Positions 41,323 to 50,653 of a stretch of DNA of 64,000 nt are shown piece by piece; within the stretch, counting starts at the first letter, position 1, and each line of letters opens with the position of its first letter. The notes under the pieces are model-generated. The model was not told the DNA's origin, ran no database searches, and saw only the letters and a list, made by a program, of their open reading frames with translations. The translations under genes were made by a program, and so were the position numbers. The DNA lies in NCBI GenBank assembly GCA_965248755.1, contig OZ252149.1, forward strand, positions 1,024,001-1,088,000. Direction: 5' to 3'. This DNA is from Candidatus Latescibacterota bacterium. Lineage in GTDB: Bacteria; Latescibacterota; CBDEFO01.

Positions 41323-42185
41323 AAGGAGCTGTAGTTACACTGGCGATATTGATCATATTGATCATAGCCTCAAGCTTCGTCATCTACACTGTGGATGAGA
41401 AGGAGCAGGTCGTCATAACTCAGGTCGGGAAGATAGTAAGGGTGGTCAAAGAGCCCGGACTCTATTTTAAGCTCCCGTTCCCGATGCAGAAGGTGATCCT
41501 GTTCGACAAGCGGATCTTAGAGTACGATGCCGATCCTAAGGTTATCTACACGAAGGATAAGAAGAACCTGATAGTAGATAATTATGCGCGTTGGAGGATC
41601 GAAGATCCCCAGATGTTCCTGGAGAAGATAAGGACCGAAAGATCCGCCCAGCCCAGATTGGACGATATAGTCTATGCAGCTTTAAGGGAGGAATTGGGAA
41701 AGCACACGTTGATAGAAGTGATCTCCGAAGAGCGTAAGAACATCATGGAGACTGTAACGAATTTATCTAGAGAGAATGCCAAGGACTACGGGATAGAGGT
41801 GATAGATGTGAGAATAAAGAGAGCGGACCTTCCGCCGGAAAACGAAAGGTCGGTCTTCGACAGGATGAAGGCGGAGAGGAGCCGTCAGGCCAAGCAGTAC
41901 AGATCCGAGGGTGAAGAAGAGGCTCTCAAGATACGTGCCCAGACAAATCTGGACGCGGCGACGATCGGCGCGGAGGCATACAAAAAGGCTCAGGAGATGA
42001 AGGGACAGGGAGACGCTGAGGCGCTCAAGATATACGCCCAGGCGTATCAACAGGACCCTGGTTTCTATGAGTTTGTAAGGACTCTCGAGGCGTACGAAGT
42101 GTCGATAGACGCCAACACTGTACTTGTGCTTCCGCCCGAATCCGATTTCTTCCGGTACTTGGCAGACGGTGTAAGCTCGAGGTAG
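41319..42185 (+). CDS. hflC: FtsH modulator HflC
   Basis: FDKRIL, TKDKKNLIVD, RMKAER, RSEG, FYEFVRTLEAY. Confidence 0.95.
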   Translation: MKGAVVTLAILIILIIASSFVIYTVDEKEQVVITQVGKIVRVVKEPGLYFKLPFPMQKVILFDKRILEYDADPKVIYTKDKKNLIVDNYARWRIEDPQMFLEKIRTERSAQPRLDDIVYAALREELGKHTLIEVISEERKNIMETVTNLSRENAKDYGIEVIDVRIKRADLPPENERSVFDRMKAERSRQAKQYRSEGEEEALKIRAQTNLDAATIGAEAYKKAQEMKGQGDAEALKIYAQAYQQDPGFYEFVRTLEAYEVSIDANTVLVLPPESDFFRYLADGVSSR

Positions 42186-42187
42186 GC

Positions 42188-43156
42188 TTGAGGATCTCAA
42201 GGGCACTTTTAGGAATATTTCTTCTTGCCGTCCCGGTTTCCTCCACGGAGTCGGCGACCGACCAATCTTCAAAGTCGATCCCCGATTTAATCGGGGGCGA
42301 CTCCGTGTGGAAAGGGGAGGCGTCCGAACTGATAGGTGTATTCTATCACGGAGCGGACCCTACTCTTGCAAAAAGGGTGCTCGATGAAGCAAAGTTGAGT
42401 CTGATAGACGTATCTGAAAGGATAGGGACAGACTCATACGGATATACCAAGATATATCTGCCCTCGTCCGACGAGGAATTCGAGACGATAACAGGCGGAG
42501 CCATACCCGAGTGGGGAGCAGGTTGCGCATTCCCCCAGGATAGCCTTATCATCTTAAAGCCCAAGGCTATAGGTGCGGGGAATATGCGAGAAATTTTGAC
42601 TCACGAGCTAACGCACGTAGTGCTGGAACGTACCCTCAAAGAAAAATGGTCCGACCACTCAGTGAGAGTCCCACGATGGTTCAACGAGGGCCTGGCTATG
42701 TACCTTTCAGGGGAATGGAGGTTAGGTCAGAGTGTTAGTATGGCTTTCGCTGCTCTGACCGGGGGGATTATTCCACTGGACAAGATAGATTCGGTTCTGA
42801 CATTTTCATCCTCCAAAGCACAACAGGCTTATATGCAAAGCTTCCTTGCCGCCTTATATCTTGTAAAGCTTTCAGATGAAGATGTCTTCAGGCGACTTGT
42901 GGCAGAGATGACTGCTGGAGCTACGTTCGAGCAGGCGATAGTAAGTGTGTTAGGCATATCGCTTGATGAGTTTGAACGGGGATGGAGAAGATATTTGGAA
43001 GACAGATTCGGCTTCGTGTCCTTGGCTACAGATTCGTTCACGCTGTGGGTAGGCATGAGTCTGCTCTTTATACTGGTATATGCGCTGAAAAAAATGAGAG
43101 CAAAAAGGATCATGAAAGGGTGGGAGATGGAGGATAATAGAGAAGCGGGATACTAA
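42188..43156 (+). CDS. Peptidase MA-like metalloprotease
   Basis: HELTH, PRWFNEGLA; signal peptide and C-terminal TM. Confidence 0.8.
   Translation: MRISRALLGIFLLAVPVSSTESATDQSSKSIPDLIGGDSVWKGEASELIGVFYHGADPTLAKRVLDEAKLSLIDVSERIGTDSYGYTKIYLPSSDEEFETITGGAIPEWGAGCAFPQDSLIILKPKAIGAGNMREILTHELTHVVLERTLKEKWSDHSVRVPRWFNEGLAMYLSGEWRLGQSVSMAFAALTGGIIPLDKIDSVLTFSSSKAQQAYMQSFLAALYLVKLSDEDVFRRLVAEMTAGATFEQAIVSVLGISLDEFERGWRRYLEDRFGFVSLATDSFTLWVGMSLLFILVYALKKMRAKRIMKGWEMEDNREAGY
42274..42303. repeat. 30-bp palindromic element inside peptidase gene
   Basis: GTCGATCCCCGATTTAATCGGGGGCGACTC, reverse complement of the consensus. Confidence 0.8.
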
Positions 43157-43205
43157 AGATTAAGACGAAAGACGAGATCGGCTCTCTGCAGACCGCCGTG
43201 CAACC

Positions 43206-44138
43206 ATGTCTGTAAAATATTTAGCCGAATATATAGGTGTCGAAGTTCTAAAAGCCCTGGCAAACGTCCTCCCACTCAAAGCGGCCCTGTTCTTCGGAGC
43301 GATCTTGGGAGACCTCTCGTTCTATGTGATAGGAATCAGAAAGAAGATCGTATTTCAGAACCTAAAAAGGGCGTTCGAAACTGAGAAGAGCGACAGGGAA
43401 CTGAAAGATATAGCAAGGGGCACGTACAGGAACTTCGGCCGGACTCTGATCGAATTCCTGAGGCTCCCGTATATGGATAAGGATGAGATCAATAGGTCCG
43501 TCAGATTCATCAATTTTGAAAAAGCAAAGGAAGCTTCCAGCTTAAAAAGAGGGGTCATCTTAGTGCTAGGGCACTTCGGGAATTGGGAGATAACTGGAGC
43601 GGCGATCTGTAATTTAGGTTATCCTCTATCTGTACTGACAGCTCCCATGAAGAACGAATTGGTGGAGCGTATCGTTGTACACCATAGAGAGGCGGTCGGG
43701 TTAAAGGTGATTCCGAGGGGGAGTAGTTCAGTTAAGGAGGTCTTTAAGGCCTTAAGGCGTGGAGAGTTCGTGGGCTTTCTGTCCGATCAGGACGCCGGTC
43801 CCGATGGTGTGTTCGTGAACTTTTTTGATAAGTGCGTATCGGCCCCTCCCGGACCGGCGGCAATAGCTCTGAAGAGAAATATCCCTCTTGTGCTCTGTTT
43901 TCCGATAAGACAGAAAGGGGGGAGACACAGGGTAATAGTCGAAGGCCCGATATATCCGTCTGAGTTCGCAGGGTCAAAGCACGGCATAAGGGAATTAACG
44001 CAGAAATATACATCTGTTCTGGAGGAGTACATAAGGAAATATCCAGATCACTGGCTGTGGATGCACAGAAGGTGGAAGAGCAGTAGACAGGCCCCCGATA
44101 GATTCAATCGGGGGCAGGGCGCCTCCCCTCCCCCCTGA
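43206..44138 (+). CDS. Lipid A lauroyl/lysophospholipid acyltransferase (LpxL/HtrB family)
   Basis: GHFGNWE, LSDQD, VNFF, WLWMHRRWK. Confidence 0.9.
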   Translation: MSVKYLAEYIGVEVLKALANVLPLKAALFFGAILGDLSFYVIGIRKKIVFQNLKRAFETEKSDRELKDIARGTYRNFGRTLIEFLRLPYMDKDEINRSVRFINFEKAKEASSLKRGVILVLGHFGNWEITGAAICNLGYPLSVLTAPMKNELVERIVVHHREAVGLKVIPRGSSSVKEVFKALRRGEFVGFLSDQDAGPDGVFVNFFDKCVSAPPGPAAIALKRNIPLVLCFPIRQKGGRHRVIVEGPIYPSEFAGSKHGIRELTQKYTSVLEEYIRKYPDHWLWMHRRWKSSRQAPDRFNRGQGASPPP

Positions 44139-44156
44139 CTACTGCCTACCGTCTAT
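44082..44156. repeat. REP-like element with CCCCGATAGATTCAATCGGGG hairpin and AGTAGAC heptamers (related copies at ~4416-4491 and ~19903-19976)
   Basis: Shared hairpin and AGTAGACAG...CTACTG arms. Confidence 0.7.
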
Positions 44157-44167
44157 CAGGAGGAAGG

Positions 44168-44767
44168 ATGATTATAGGCGTTACGGGAGGGATAGGTTCG
44201 GGGAAGACGACAGTATCTGGCCTCTTTGAGAAGATGTCTGCGTTTACGGTGGACGCTGATCGAGTCGGAAGGGAAGTGGCCGAGGATCAAAAGATTCTGT
44301 CGAAACTTGTCGAAGCCTTCGGCCCTGACATCCTGGATCAAGACGGAAAGCTTGTTAGGAGAAAGTTGGGTCGTCTGGCCTTTTCCAGCCCCAAGAGGCA
44401 TCAGAAGCTCAACGAGATAGTCCATCCGCCGCTCGTAAACAGGTTATGGAAGACGGTCGAAAAGGCGTTAGACGAAAACCCCCACAGGCCTGTGGTTATA
44501 GATGCTGCCCTCATAGTCGAATGGGGAGAGTTGGAAAGGTTCGATGTTCTGGTAGTAGTCGCGGCGGATGAGGATAAGGTTAAAGAACGATTCCTCGAAG
44601 ATACCAGGTTATCTGCCGAGGAGGTAGATGAAAGATTAAGGGCACAGCTACCCCTGAGAGAGAAACTTCAAGTGGCGGACTATGTGATATACAACAATGG
44701 ATCCACGGAGGATTTGGGAAAAGAGGTATCCAGGGTGTGGAATAAGATAATGTCTCAAGGGGGATAA
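44168..44767 (+). CDS. coaE: Dephospho-CoA kinase
   Basis: GVTGGIGSGKTT, DAD, LNEIVHP, ADYVIYNNG. Confidence 0.95.
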   Translation: MIIGVTGGIGSGKTTVSGLFEKMSAFTVDADRVGREVAEDQKILSKLVEAFGPDILDQDGKLVRRKLGRLAFSSPKRHQKLNEIVHPPLVNRLWKTVEKALDENPHRPVVIDAALIVEWGELERFDVLVVVAADEDKVKERFLEDTRLSAEEVDERLRAQLPLREKLQVADYVIYNNGSTEDLGKEVSRVWNKIMSQGG

Positions 44768-44773
44768 CGACTT

Positions 44774-45469
44774 ATGAGCAAAGTCATTGCATCCTGGAGC
44801 GGTGGGAAAGACAGCTGTTTAGCCTGCTATAAAGCCATGCTCACGGGCTGTAAGGTTTCCTATCTTGTAAATACGATCTCCCAAGAATTTCGGCGAGTGC
44901 GATTTCACGGCACACAGGACATACTTATCCAGAAACAGGCAGGAGCAATCGGCATTCCGCTCTTACAAAGGGAAACCACCGCTTGTGGCTATGAAGCAGA
45001 GTTTAAGGAGACCCTTGGAAGCGTCATCCCCGAAGGTATAGATGGCGTGGTCTTTGGGGACATCCACCTGCAGCACTGCCTACAGTGGGCCAAGAAGATC
45101 TGTGGAGAACTCGGCGTTGGCGCTATCGAACCCCTGTGGGGCCTGAGTCCTGAGGAAATTCTTTTAGACTTTATTGACTCAGGCTTTGAAGCGATTGTCG
45201 TCAGCGCTCAAGCGAATCTCCTCGGAAAAGAGTGGATCGGACGCATACTGGACAAAGCATTCCTTGAAGACATAAAAGGATACAAAGATATCGATGTCTG
45301 CGGAGAAAACGGCGAATATCATACGCTTGTGACCGACGGACCGCTGTTCAGAGAGAGAATAGACATTTGTGAATCCCAGGAAGTTCTAATAGACGGTTAC
45401 TGGTTTTTGGATATTTGCAAGTATCAGTTCCTCCACAAGGCTCCTTTACCCGCCCCTGAACGTTCCTAA
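44774..45469 (+). CDS. Diphthine-ammonia ligase-like PP-loop ATPase (MJ0570 family)
   Basis: SWSGGKDS, VFGDI, EPLW, CGENGEYHT. Confidence 0.88.
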   Translation: MSKVIASWSGGKDSCLACYKAMLTGCKVSYLVNTISQEFRRVRFHGTQDILIQKQAGAIGIPLLQRETTACGYEAEFKETLGSVIPEGIDGVVFGDIHLQHCLQWAKKICGELGVGAIEPLWGLSPEEILLDFIDSGFEAIVVSAQANLLGKEWIGRILDKAFLEDIKGYKDIDVCGENGEYHTLVTDGPLFRERIDICESQEVLIDGYWFLDICKYQFLHKAPLPAPERS

Positions 45470-45635
45470 ATCGAGGTGCGAAAGATTGTACTGCAAAAGA
45501 TGCGGATATAAGATGACGGAGCAAAAGCGCAGCTTCCACAAGCGTAGAAAGTGGATATGTCGAAGATGCGGTGCTGTGAGGATGCAGACTCAGCGATCTA
45601 ATTCCAGATAAAGGGAAAATTTGAGGAGAAAAGGC

Positions 45636-46394
45636 ATGTCAAGGATCCCCGTAATAGGCGGGAACTGGAAGATGAATAAGCTTGTGGGAGAGGCAGTAGA
45701 GACATCAAAAAAGATCGTGGACTTAGTGAAGGATGTAAGTGACAATGCAGAGGTTTTCATTGCCCCCCCCCTTACGGCTTTGGATGCGGTAGGCAAGGTA
45801 ATAAAGGGATCAAACGTCGGTTTAGGAGCCCAGGACCTGTTCTGGGAGGAGGAAGGAGCCTTCACAGGAGAAGTGTCACCGTCTATGCTTGAAGATATTG
45901 GATGTACCTATGTGATAGCGGGTCACAGCGAGAGGAGACAATATTTCAAAGAAAGCAATGATGAGGTCAATAAGAAGGTTATGGCTATATTGAGACATAA
46001 CCTGACCCCTGTTATGTGCATCGGCGAAAAGTTGGAGGAGAGAGAAGAAGGAAAAACGTTCGATGTGGTGAGGGATCACATGTCGAACGGGTTGGCAGGG
46101 ATCTCCTCTGATGAGGTCAAAAAACTTGTGATAGCCTACGAGCCGGTCTGGGCTATCGGAACGGGCAAGACAGCGACGCCCCAACAGGCCGAGGAGATGC
46201 ACTTCCACATAAGAAACCTGCTTTCAGAGATATACGATAGTGATACAGCCGACGCAGTGAGAATAATCTACGGAGGGAGCGTCAAGCCTGATAATATATC
46301 GGACTTGATGGAGGAGGATAATATAGACGGCGGGCTGATAGGCGGAGCCTCACTCGACCCCGAATCTTTCTCAAAGATCGTTCATTTTCAGTAA
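45636..46394 (+). CDS. tpiA: Triosephosphate isomerase
   Basis: GNWKMN, GHSERR, AYEPVWAIGTG, YGGSV, GGASL. Confidence 0.98.
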   Translation: MSRIPVIGGNWKMNKLVGEAVETSKKIVDLVKDVSDNAEVFIAPPLTALDAVGKVIKGSNVGLGAQDLFWEEEGAFTGEVSPSMLEDIGCTYVIAGHSERRQYFKESNDEVNKKVMAILRHNLTPVMCIGEKLEEREEGKTFDVVRDHMSNGLAGISSDEVKKLVIAYEPVWAIGTGKTATPQQAEEMHFHIRNLLSEIYDSDTADAVRIIYGGSVKPDNISDLMEEDNIDGGLIGGASLDPESFSKIVHFQ

Positions 46395-46396
46395 TA

Positions 46397-46777
46397 ATGC
46401 GACCTGCGCGGATGACAGTTATAGAAAAGTTATTCTGGGGTGTCTTCACTTTTGTCTTTATTACTCCGTTGTGCGGGTTTATCTTCAGATGCGGATGCAC
46501 CTGGCTCTGGTCAGGGGCAGTGTCTTGCTGTAATATAAACCATCCTCAGACACCGAATTGTCCCTGGTGTACAGCCTCTGAACGGGTTTTTCTCTTTCTT
46601 CCGGGAGTGATAGTATTCTTGGGACAGATAAAAATTGTATCTAAGGTCACCAACAGATTCGGAAAGCCCACAGGATTCATATCGGGATTAGCGGCTTTTG
46701 TGATACTGGGAATATTGGTAGGCTTCATTTACAATCTAAATGTTGATTATCCATATTTTCTGTGGTGGAGCATATAG
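46397..46777 (+). CDS. Cys-rich hypothetical membrane protein
   Basis: CGFIFRCGC..CCNI..CPWC; three hydrophobic segments. Confidence 0.6.
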   Translation: MRPARMTVIEKLFWGVFTFVFITPLCGFIFRCGCTWLWSGAVSCCNINHPQTPNCPWCTASERVFLFLPGVIVFLGQIKIVSKVTNRFGKPTGFISGLAAFVILGILVGFIYNLNVDYPYFLWWSI

Positions 46778-46856
46778 GTAACACCAAATGTAAAAACTCC
46801 GACCTAAAGGCCGAAGCTTTCCACCTACTGAAAATTCTCTTTGAATCCCTGATGGA

Positions 46857-46958
46857 TTATAACAGGGCAACGATGTTGCTGTTGACATACACCATACACG
46901 ATGTACACACAATCAGACTTATACCTTTTATCAACATTAGTAATGTCACAGTTGTCAC
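46857..46958 (-). CDS. Small hydrophobic peptide A (33 aa)
   Basis: SD GGAGGTGA; MTTVTLLMLIKGISLIVCTSCMVYVNSNIVALL; paralog adjacent. Confidence 0.55.
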   Translation of the reverse strand: MTTVTLLMLIKGISLIVCTSCMVYVNSNIVALL

Positions 46959-47048
46959 AGTCTTTCACCTCCCTCAAATGATTTAAAGTTGAATTGTCTG
47001 TGTTTCGTGCCGCTCAATAATATTACAGCAATCTACAAACCTGATGGG

Positions 47049-47144
47049 TTAGAACAGGGTAGCGACGCTGTTGTAGGCATACATCTCAAACGCTGCTACT
47101 GCCACAATCAGACTTATACCTTCTATTAGCATTAGTAATTTCAC
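47049..47144 (-). CDS. Small hydrophobic peptide B (31 aa)
   Basis: SD GAGGTGA; MKLLMLIEGISLIVAVAAFEMYAYNSVATLF. Confidence 0.55.
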   Translation of the reverse strand: MKLLMLIEGISLIVAVAAFEMYAYNSVATLF

Positions 47145-47409
47145 GGTCTTTCACCTCTCTTATATGATTTAAAGTTTGAATTGTCTGTGTTCTGTATTAC
47201 CAATTTTAAGTCTATCTGCACTTTCAGCTTGACGAAGAGACGACCTTTGCTTAATTTTCATATTAATTGTCGGCTAGAAATTCACCAACATATTGTTTTG
47301 CTTGCATTAATTTGACAGTTTCGGCACAAAGTAGGGAACTATCCTACATTGGGAGTTCCCCGACGGGTTATGTGCGAAACTGTTTTTTAGTAGGGACAAG
47401 AATAAAAAA

Positions 47410-49641
47410 ATGAACAATGATCTTATAGTCCTCTCTTCTCAAGATGGAATCCCAAAGACCATCCGGGAGCGCCTCGACCAAGCCCAGATAGAAGAGGATG
47501 ACATCCTTATCGCCGCAGAGGGAGACCTCAGCCAGCACGGCCAGATGACCTGCGTCTGGCTTGTGGCTACCTCGGAACAGGTGGCCGCTATAGCGGAATC
47601 ACCAGAAGTTCCCATAGTCGGACCCTTCAAGTTCAAAGAGACAGAGAACTTTAAACTTCGAAGCACTGTGGGGAGCACCTGCCTTCAGACTTCAGTGGAC
47701 GGGCTTCACCTGGATCTGGTTCGCTTCTCCAACGGCTATCGGGAGCGATTCGGTAGGGTCCTTTCACAGCTTAAACGTCTCAAAGATAACAGGGATATTC
47801 AAAAGGAGGCCCTGCTTGCACCCGATCCAAACGTCTGTCCCGAATGTGGCTTAACGCTTCCTGATGCCAACGCTCCCTGTCCGAAATGCATAAAGCAGGG
47901 AGCGGTTCTGTTCAGGATCATAAAGATGATGCGGGGACACTTGATGTGGGCGCTTGTCCTTTTCCTGTTGGTGCTTGCGGGGATCGGTATGGATATGCTC
48001 CCTCCATATTTGACGAAGATACTGGTAGATGACGTCCTGACAGAGCGGACTCACACGGAGTGGCTACTGCTCATAGTGGCGGCGCTGGCAGGGGCGCATG
48101 TTTTCAGAAATTCAGTGAATATCCTCATAAGCCGCCTTTCCAGCAAGGTGGGCACGCAGATTGCATACGATGTCAGGAAAGAGCTCTTTGACAAGCTCCA
48201 GAGTATGTCCGTGGACTACTACGACAAGATGCAGGCGGGAGACTTAATGAGCCGCGTAAGTCAGGACGTAGAGGAACTACGGGGATTTATAGATGAAGCC
48301 ACCCAGGGATTCCTCGTCAATATAATCCTCATCTTTGCCATAGGAGGGATGCTCTTTCATCTCAACGAGAGCCTTGCTTTCTACATACTGATCCCCATCC
48401 CGTTTGTCATACTTGGGACAGTAGTCTTCTGGCGATACATCTATCCCAAACAATTCAAGATCCGGGACAGCCGGTCCAAGTTCTCCTCGATGCTGTACGG
48501 CGTCCTCTCCGGGATCCGTCTGGTCAAGGCGTTTGCCCAGGAAGATAGGGAAAAGAGTCGCTTTCTCAATAGAATCGGGTATCTGAGGGATAGCAGGCGC
48601 ACAGTGGAAATGAGCAGTGGGACGTTCTACCCTATTATGGCTTTTGTATTTAGTCTCGGTGGACTCATCGTATGGTACGTCGGCGGGAAAGACGTCCTGG
48701 AGGATAAGATAACACTGGGGACCCTGATGGCGTTTTTAGGTTACATAGGGATGTTCTACAGTCCACTATCCAGACTCACTCAGTTTTCCAACTGGCTGAC
48801 GGCCTTCATGACTTCAAGCCAGCGCATCTTTGAGATATTAGATACAGAACCAGGAATCAAAGATAATCCAGATGCCGAACCTATGCCGGAGGTTAAAGGC
48901 GACATAGAATTTGACAACGTCGTCTTCGGATACGATCCCTACAATCCCGTTACAAAAGGCATCTCCATCTCCATAAAGTCAGGAACGATGATAGGAATAG
49001 TGGGCAAGAGCGGAAGCGGCAAGACTACGCTCATAAACCTTTTGTGCAGGTTTTACGATGCTCAGGAGGGTTCTGTACGCATAGACGGCAAGGATGTAAG
49101 AGACATATCAAGTCATGACCTCAGAAGCCACATTGGGCTTGTGCTCCAGGAGCCTTTTCTGATCCGGGCAAGCGTGGCGGGAAACATCGCCTACAGCAAG
49201 CCGGGCGCAACTCCAGAGGAGATAATAAACGCCGCCAAAGCCGCCAACGCCCATGACTTCATAATGCGTCTCCCATCCGGATACGACACTATGTTGGGGG
49301 AAAGAGGATCGGGGCTTTCAGGAGGAGAGCGTCAGCGCGTATCAATCGCCCGTGCCCTTCTCTGCGATCCCGCCATCCTTATTCTGGACGAAGCCACCTC
49401 CAGCGTGGATACAGAATCGGAGCGACAGATACAGGAGGCTTTAAGTGTGCTTTCCAAAGGTCGTACGACCATAGCTATTGCTCACAGGCTCTCCACTTTA
49501 AGAGGTGCCGATCATATCTACGTCATAGACAACGGGATGTTAGCCGAACACGGCGATCACAATGAACTTATGGCAAAGGGGGGCATCTACAGTAGATTGG
49601 TTCGAATCCAGACCGATCTTGCGGCTATTGAATCTGATTAA
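47410..49641 (+). CDS. ABC exporter (fused TMD-NBD) with N-terminal extension and CxxC..CxxC
   Basis: GKSGSGKT, LSGGERQR, ILDEATS; CPECG..CPKC. Confidence 0.93.
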   Translation: MNNDLIVLSSQDGIPKTIRERLDQAQIEEDDILIAAEGDLSQHGQMTCVWLVATSEQVAAIAESPEVPIVGPFKFKETENFKLRSTVGSTCLQTSVDGLHLDLVRFSNGYRERFGRVLSQLKRLKDNRDIQKEALLAPDPNVCPECGLTLPDANAPCPKCIKQGAVLFRIIKMMRGHLMWALVLFLLVLAGIGMDMLPPYLTKILVDDVLTERTHTEWLLLIVAALAGAHVFRNSVNILISRLSSKVGTQIAYDVRKELFDKLQSMSVDYYDKMQAGDLMSRVSQDVEELRGFIDEATQGFLVNIILIFAIGGMLFHLNESLAFYILIPIPFVILGTVVFWRYIYPKQFKIRDSRSKFSSMLYGVLSGIRLVKAFAQEDREKSRFLNRIGYLRDSRRTVEMSSGTFYPIMAFVFSLGGLIVWYVGGKDVLEDKITLGTLMAFLGYIGMFYSPLSRLTQFSNWLTAFMTSSQRIFEILDTEPGIKDNPDAEPMPEVKGDIEFDNVVFGYDPYNPVTKGISISIKSGTMIGIVGKSGSGKTTLINLLCRFYDAQEGSVRIDGKDVRDISSHDLRSHIGLVLQEPFLIRASVAGNIAYSKPGATPEEIINAAKAANAHDFIMRLPSGYDTMLGERGSGLSGGERQRVSIARALLCDPAILILDEATSSVDTESERQIQEALSVLSKGRTTIAIAHRLSTLRGADHIYVIDNGMLAEHGDHNELMAKGGIYSRLVRIQTDLAAIESD

Positions 49642-49667
49642 GACCAAAGAATCGGAGAAAAAGGGAG

Positions 49668-50255
49668 ATGATAGAAATCCACCGACCGAGGACGGGGCTA
49701 TACATACTAACCCCCGAAAACTGCGAAATTTTCAAGGGCATCTTCAGTCTGCTTCACACCCACGTCAAGGATGAAGATGGTCCGGGAGAACTCTACAGAG
49801 GGGTCTTTGCTGTCTTGGCCTTTCCCGTGTCCTCTCCCGATCGTTATATTTCTCTGCGTTATCACGACGAGAACAATAAAGAAAATGAGATAGGGGTTAT
49901 AATAGACCCTAAACCCTTTTCAAGGGAGGCTCAGGAACTCCTCCTTGAGTCCTTATCGCGTCACTACTTTGAGTATGAAATAACAAAGATTTACAACGTA
50001 GAATGGAAATATGGACTCCTCTTTTTCGATGTGGAGACACAGCAGGGGCGGCGCGGCCGCTTTGATGGGAAGCAAACAAGCCACGAAAGTGGCAGAAGAC
50101 AGTTTGAGATGCTCTGGCAGCACAATAAGACTCAAGATCACGGCGATAAAGGCAAGATCCTTCTGGATGTCCTCGATAATCGCTACGTAATTCCCGATTT
50201 TGAAAAACTGCCTCGAGAGGATTTACAAAAACTGACGCGGTATATTTACTGGTAG
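49668..50255 (+). CDS. DUF1854 family protein
   Basis: FPVSSPDRYISL, EIGVI, DVET, DVLDNRY; typical partner of this ABC type. Confidence 0.8.
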   Translation: MIEIHRPRTGLYILTPENCEIFKGIFSLLHTHVKDEDGPGELYRGVFAVLAFPVSSPDRYISLRYHDENNKENEIGVIIDPKPFSREAQELLLESLSRHYFEYEITKIYNVEWKYGLLFFDVETQQGRRGRFDGKQTSHESGRRQFEMLWQHNKTQDHGDKGKILLDVLDNRYVIPDFEKLPREDLQKLTRYIYW

Positions 50256-50653
50256 GTGCTCTGCCCGGAATATCCTTCCTCTACTTCTATTCATATTAAG
50301 AGCTTCCTCTATATTGTCTCTCCGTACTCTGATCTATACACAAGATCCAGTGGATTAAGTGTCGGTTCAAAATAGTCAGGACGAGCTTAGGAGAGTACTC
50401 AGCTTACCATGGAAGAGGGCACTGTCTCCGAGATTACTTGGCGGACCCTGAGCAACCCTTCGCTTGGCTCTCGGCTAAAGGCTCTGGGTTTCCCCTGTAG
50501 ACTTAATCTGGCACAAGCTTCATAGTCACATAAGCGTTCAAGAAGGTCCTGGATAAAGCGGGTGCCATCTTGACAAAACGTCGTATCTTTACTTCTGAGT
50601 TCAAGCTTGACGGAAATCGGCCAGCGCGGAATTACGCTTCATCGTCTTAGTTC

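Noticed and set aside
44774..45469. Diphthamide pathway in a bacterium
   Set aside because: MJ0570-like PP-loop ATPases are common in bacteria; no other dph genes here
50044..50095. Apparent ~15-aa insert in DUF1854 with a GCCACGAAAGTGGC hairpin
   Set aside because: Single instance; only weak similarity to the hairpin at ~59902; needs ortholog alignment
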